This document shows, one piece after another, positions 58,026 to 64,000 of a stretch of 64,000 nt of DNA. The position numbers were made by a program, and so were the translations under genes. The notes under the pieces were generated by a model. The model saw only the letters and a list, made by a program, of their open reading frames with translations. It did no database searches and had not been told where the DNA came from. Position 1 is the stretch's first letter. Each line of letters opens with the position of its first letter. Source of the stretch: Eledone cirrhosa (lineage: Eukaryota); the NCBI GenBank assembly GCA_964016885.1, contig OZ024753.1, positions 2,356,001 through 2,420,000 on the forward strand, read 5' to 3'.

Positions 58026-58792
58026 CATATGAATGCATCATATTTTTTTCTGCATATACATAGAGAAAGACATTTTGTTTTCACGAATTTTATAAAAGTT
58101 CGTAAATTTCCATCATGTTCTTTCCGACAAAAGAAAAAGGAGTTTTGCAAATATAATGCATTTGAATGTAATTCTATTACTAATATTAATTAAATATTGG
58201 AGATTGCACAAAAGGTTTAGTAATCTCTTAGAAATTATTATAGGGAAATAGTTTGGTGACTTGCGGTTATATTATATAGTTACATAGAAGTAGGTGTGCT
58301 AATATTTCTACAATTCCGTGTTTAGGCATAAGAAGACAAAGAAGACGAAGAAGACAAAGACGACACCTACGAAACAGAAGAAGTCAAAGAAAAGGAAGAA
58401 GAAAATACGAAGAAGAAAAAGAAAAGAACTGGTATATACGTATGTATAGATATATGTTTGTAAGTCTATAGGATTTATATATTCTTATATATATGTATGT
58501 GAATGTTTCATAAGAATGCCCTGATTATATAGTGCTTACTATTACGGAATAAAATAAAGTGTGAATTAATTAGAAGCGTGTTACATGGTTATAAACATTA
58601 AAAAATTAAAGAAGTTCGAAGGCCTTAACTTGTGATTGAGTTATGGAGTCACCATCGTGACACACTGTGGATCTTAAGTATTTGAAACCTGGTGGACCAC
58701 ATCTCTCACCTGGTTGGAACTCAGACACAAAGCTGATACTCTCCACAAATGAAAAGTACAAAGCAAAAATAAAAGAAAACAAATAAAAAGTA

Positions 58793-59092
58793 CTACGCAT
58801 GTCCATGAAGAGACCAATGCGAGAATACCTTGAATTGAAGCCCGAAGAAATGCGTAGGAAGCAATGATGATCGTGATGACTTGGTAAAAATGGGATTGGC
58901 CAGGAAGCATGATTGTGACAGGGTTTGCAACTGTACGGAGATCTTTCATCACCAAATGTTCCACAGGGAGTAAAAGTAACAGAAGTCTTACGTTGAATAC
59001 CCTACAGTATCAATTTTGGGGCTTTCCAAAAGTGTCGAGAAAAAATTCAAGGAATTACAATATAGAAGAGCCTCCCCACCCCCACCCCAAAA
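58793..59092 (+). repeat. Inverted duplicate of 50416-50720 (RTE-like end plus flank)
   Basis: Colinear reverse-complement match with scattered substitutions and small indels. Confidence 0.85.
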
Positions 59093-60132
59093 GGCATCAA
59101 CCCAAGTACTGGATTAGTACTTTATTTATCGACCTCGAAAGGATGAACGGCAATATTGAACTCGGCGGGATTTGAATTCAACTTAATACTTAACAAGTTT
59201 AACAATACTTAACAAGTCTAACAAATCGCCGTCTATATTAAAGAAGTTCAATGTTATATACAAGGCTAAGGGAAAATACCGCAGAAAAGTGTACTGAATA
59301 TTAAATGTAAGATAATATTTCACAAATGTTAATATAATCGTCTCTAATTCTGGCACAATTCTAGGCAGGCTAAGTCAATATTGTGGACGCCAGTTGTAGG
59401 CCAGTACTTTCTTGTATCAACCTCTTAAGGATAAAAGGCAAAGTTGGCTAACGCGGTGCTGCTGAATGTTCCGTTGACTTTTTCTGTGTGCCCCTCGCTA
59501 TTTTTATTCATTTCCACAAAGTCTTAGCCATGCGGGCCTTTCTAACAACTATCTAAAAATAGACTTTAAACCACATGATATCTATCTTCCTCTAATCCTT
59601 TCCCTTCCTTTCCTCTACCACCCTCCCATTTTCCTTTGCACATAGGAATATAAACGAAATAATATATATTTTTTTACTTTTTTCGATTTTTTTCTCCTTT
59701 TGGCTAAGCTAACGTGCACCACATTTCTATTCTTCCCTTTTCAGTTCAAGCACATTATTGTTTTAGCATTTTTTGCCTTTATTTGTGTAATTCGACGAAA
59801 GGCATAACTTTTCCGGTGCCTCTCTGTTTCGTTTGCACAGGAATGAATAGTAGCATCCTTAATGTACTGAAACTATAGTGATTTCTAAAGGTTGACAGAT
59901 GAGGAGGAAGTTTTCGTTTTTCTGTTGACTTTGTCATGTGTTTATTCATATTCAATATAGTCAGTGATACGTGGGCCTTTGCAACACACAAACCCACATA
60001 CATGCATACATACATAAATACATACATACATAAAGAGAGAGACAGACGGAGAGAAAGGAAGCAGGAGAGATAGATTGATATATACATATACGTGCATATA
60101 CATACATAATACATACGTACGTACATGCATAC

Positions 60133-60315
60133 GGGATTAGCAGTATCGGTAGAGGGTCGGACGCCATGCTTTCCAGCAGAGTTACGTCCCTTTACGATCT
60201 GAGTTCAAATCCCGCCGAGGTTGACTTTGCCTTTCATCCTTACGGGGTCGATAAAATAAAGTACCAGTAATGCACTGGGTAATTACTGGCCTTGTGCCTA
60301 AAGTAGAAACAATTA
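60133..60315 (+). mobile_element. Young SINE family 1 copy
   Basis: ggattagcagtatcggtagag..gagttcaaatcc..gccttgtgcctaaagtagaaacaatta. Confidence 0.9.
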
Positions 60316-60605
60316 TATATATATCATATATATACATATATAATCACTAGTTAATTCTTGTATTTTATATGGTGTCGTTTTTACATTTTAAACATACTTG
60401 TAAAAATATATATATAATTCGTTTTCAATAAGGCATTTTATGCTTATGTGATTAATGCATTCGCTGTACACAGATTTAACTCCCACGCTCCAAAACTGTA
60501 GGTAGTACTTTTATGTATTAACCTCGTAGTAATTCCGTTCTTTAAAAAAAATGTTTCTATATCTATATCTTTTCTGAGGTGATATTTGCTATATGCATTT
60601 CAACA

Positions 60606-60671
<66 letters not shown>

Positions 60672-61160
60672 TATATATAATAATAAAATAATTAATACCT
60701 ATCACACGTAGATTCAAATATGGTTCTGTTTCCATGTCAACCATATATTAGTATCTCTTTAAAAAATAAGCCGATTTTTGAAGTAAATCAATCCTTTAAT
60801 ATCTACTCTCTTCTATGCCATTCCGGGTTTTATAATCTCCATATTGACAACAATAACAGTTTCTCACATTAACATACGACAAGGCTCAACACAGCAATTG
60901 TCAAACTCAATATCGTGTAATATGTATTTGATATTCCGTTACTATGGTAACTATTCTGGCAGCCGACCATTTTAGATATGATGACTGGATGTATTAAATA
61001 CTGCAAACATAGGGACATGAGGATTTGCAATAGCTCTTGTTTAATAGAATAGTTTGAAAGGAAATATATATATATATATATTTGCAGCAGAAAAAAGAAA
61101 GAGACTTGTGAAAGAGTACGGAGATTAGATGTGTGATGTATTACTACTGCATGAGTACGA

Positions 61161-61230
<70 letters not shown>
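61161..61230. repeat. (CTAT)n tetranucleotide repeat
   Basis: Directly visible. Confidence 0.95.
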
Positions 61231-61231
<1 letters not shown>

Positions 61232-61972
61232 GTATATAGAACATCATACATTCGTGCGTATGTGTGTATATGTGCCGTATTTTCACTTATACAAACACTC
61301 GAGGTATTCTGAGAATTCTCTATCAATTTATCACATATACAATATACACAGTTATGACAATGAACAATACTGCTATATCCGTTTTGAAGAATGCTATTGT
61401 TATATATTTCTTTTGTTCTCTGTATATTTTCTCGTCTTTTATTACTTTATTAACAATTTATACTTAAATTTCTTTCTCTAAAATTTACTTTTATTTATCA
61501 TCTCCTCATATCTTAGTTACTTACTTTTATCATTCTTACATCTTATTCATATTTTCTTTAATTCATGATGTTTCAATTCCAATCTTTGTTGTATTTAGCA
61601 TGCTTTTATTTATCAAATTTTACACTTTTCTCATCGTGTTGTGTTACTATTGCTTTTTACTTTGTTATTAATAATTCCCCTAATTTGTCGTTTATTTTTC
61701 TACCGTGCATTGTTGCATATATCCTAAATTTTGTTGTTAATATTTTGTGTATTATTTGTTGCGTTTCTCTACTGTTGATATATAACAAAAACACCAGCAA
61801 ATTTATAACGATATCAACATGACGAGTTCTTTCATTGTCATATCCACGTCCTGTGGAGATATGTATTAAAGTTGTTAAACAATACAGGCGAAACCAACTG
61901 TGGATATTTCATCACAATTTCTAAGAGTTAAGATACATGTCGATACGTGGAGGATATAGAACCAGAAGTCTT

Positions 61973-63356
61973 TGTAGTAGTAGTAGTGGTGGTGGTGGTG
62001 ATGGTGGTGATAGTTGTAGTAGTGGTGATGGTGGTGATGGTGGTGATAGTTGTAGTAGTAGTGGTGGTGGTGATGGTGGTGATAGTTGTAGTAGTAGTGG
62101 TGATGGTGGTGATAGTTGTAGTAGTGGTGGTGATAGTGGTAATAGTTGTAGTGGTGGTGGTGATAGTTGTAGTAGTAGTGATGGTGGTGATGGTGGTGAT
62201 AGTTGTAGTGGTAGTGGTGGTGATAGTTGTAGTGGTGGTGGTGATAGTTGTAGTAGTAGTGATGGTGGTGATAGTTGTAGTGGTGGTGGTGATAGTTGTA
62301 GTAGTAGTGGTGGTGGTGATGGTGGTGATAGTTGTAGTAGTAGTAGTGGTGGTGGTGATGGTGGTGATAGTTGTAGTAGTAGTGGTGGTGGTGATGGTGA
62401 TGGTGGTGATAGTTGTAGTGGTGGTGGTGATAGTTGTAGTAGTAGTGGTGGTGGTGATGGTGGTGATAGTTGTAGTAGTGGTGATGGTGGTGATGGTGGT
62501 GATAGTTGTAGTAGTAGTGGTGATGGTGGTGATAGTTGTAGTGGTGGTGGTGATAGTTGTAGTAGTAGTGATGGTGGTGATGGTGGTGATAGTTGTAGTA
62601 GTAGTGGTGGTGGTGATGGTGATGGTGGTGATAGTTGTAGTGGTGGTGGTGATAGTTGTAGTAGTAGTGGTGGTGGTGATGGTGGTGATAGTTGTAGTAG
62701 TGGTGATGGTGGTGATGGTGGTGATAGTTGTAGTAGTAGTGGTGATGGTGGTGATAGTTGTAGTGGTGGTGGTGATAGTTGTAGTAGTAGTGATGGTGGT
62801 GATGGTGGTGATAGTTGTAGTAGTAGTGGTGGTGGTGATGGTGATGGTGGTGATAGTTGTAGTGGTGGTGGTGATAGTTGTAGTAGTGGTGGTGATAGTG
62901 GTAATAGTTGTAGTGGTGGTGGTGATGGTGGTGATAGTTGTAGTGGTGGTGGTGGTGATGGTGGTGATAGTTGTAGTGGTGGTGGTGATAGTTGTAGTAG
63001 TGGTGGTGATAGTTGTAGTAGTGGTGGTAATAGTTGTAGTGGTGATGGTGGTGATAGTTGTAGTAGTAGTGGTGGTGGTGATGGTGGTGATAGTTGTAGT
63101 AGTAGTGGTGGTGGTGATGGTGGTGATAGTTGTAGTGGTGGTGGTGATAGTTGTAGTAGTGGTGGTGATAGTGGTAATAGTTGTAGTGGTGATGGTGGTG
63201 ATAGTTGTAGTAGTAGTGGTGGTGGTGATGGTGGTGATAGTTGTAGTAGTAGTGGTGGTGGTGATGGTGGTGATAGTTGTAGTAGTAGTGGTAGTGGTGG
63301 TGGTGATGGTGGTGATAGTTGTAGTAGTAGTGGTGGTGGTGATGGTGCTGATAGTT

Positions 63357-63388
<32 letters not shown>

Positions 63389-63690
63389 GATGGTGGTGAT
63401 AGTTGTAGTAGTAGTGGTGGTGGTGATGGTAGTGATAGTTGTAGTAGTAGTGGTGGTGGTGGTGGTGGTGATGGTGGTGATAGTTGTAGTAGTGGTGGTG
63501 GTGATGGTGGTGATAGTTGTAGTAGTGGTGATGGTGGTGATAGTTGTAGTAGTAGTGGTGGTGGTGGTGGTACTAGTAGTAGTAAAAGCAGCAGCAACAG
63601 TAGTAGTAATAGTAATAGTAGTAGTAGCAGTAGTATTAGTAATAGTAGTATCAGCAATAGCAACAGCAGTAATAGTAGCAGTAGCTGCAG
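61973..63690. repeat. 1.7-kb patterned trinucleotide minisatellite: ggtgatagttgt(agt)n(ggt)n units
   Basis: In-phase ggt/gat/agt/tgt triplets with larger internal re-duplications. Confidence 0.92.
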
Positions 63691-63789
63691 TATAAGGAGA
63701 TTAAAAAGAATATAAAATACATTACAGGTGACCATTTACCAGAATTCTTAGAGCGGAAGACAAAATACCTCCTCGCAATTTGTACCCGC

Positions 63790-63960
63790 TGTTTGCGTTC
63801 TAAGTTCAAAACCTTCTGAAGCCTACATGATGGTAGACTTAATCCATAGTCTAGTTTGACACCCTTATGAATTACTTGGATACCTTTAACGGATCCCACT
63901 CTATGTCGGGCATGCATGAAAGCCTCCGATTTAAAGATACCCTTCTTCGCTGGCACCTTT
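63790..63960 (-). pseudogene. Possible CR1/L2-type APE endonuclease relic
   Basis: Minus strand GGF..MPDIEW across a frameshift resembles GDFNMPDIDW; very short match. Confidence 0.25.
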
Positions 63961-64000
63961 CTCAGAAGCCCTGAAAGTAGTGACGAGAAGATTCATTCTT

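Noticed and set aside
60133-60220. A/B-box sequences as tRNA genes
   Set aside because: No cloverleaf; the boxes are part of a multi-copy SINE with TSDs
61921-63735. 604-aa LQLSPPS and 582-aa poly-Val ORFs
   Set aside because: Alternative frames of the same triplet minisatellite

Overview
Eukaryotic, very AT-rich, repeat-dense DNA with no credible host protein-coding gene. The SINE families and extreme (TA)n load suggest a cephalopod (Octopus-like) genome, which is an inference from sequence style only. Almost all long ORFs in the track (YI/IY, CV, TH, SL, GGDSC and poly-V runs) are microsatellite translation artefacts. Recognisable content: a degraded hAT (ZMYM1/DUF4371-type) transposon with a nested long-TIR MITE (8-bp TSD); relics of a Penelope-like RT, a Helitron Rep and RTE-like LINE ends; about 20 copies of a tRNA-derived SINE; and kilobase TA-derived satellites. 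The main signal is a recurring architecture shared by several unrelated sequences, mostly embedded in (TA)n: two divergent inverted arms, one carrying an extra 3' tail (about 37-145 nt where both ends can be delimited). Most carry type I hammerhead ribozyme motifs (CUGANGA-stem II-GAAA-palindromic stem III-NUH) reading outward. One four-copy family breaks off in or just 3' of ribozyme stem II, and its arms share copy-private substitutions, pointing to fold-back synthesis at each insertion. This fits Penelope-like retroelement pseudo-LTR ends targeting TA microsatellites. Coordinates were read by eye and may be off by a few bases.
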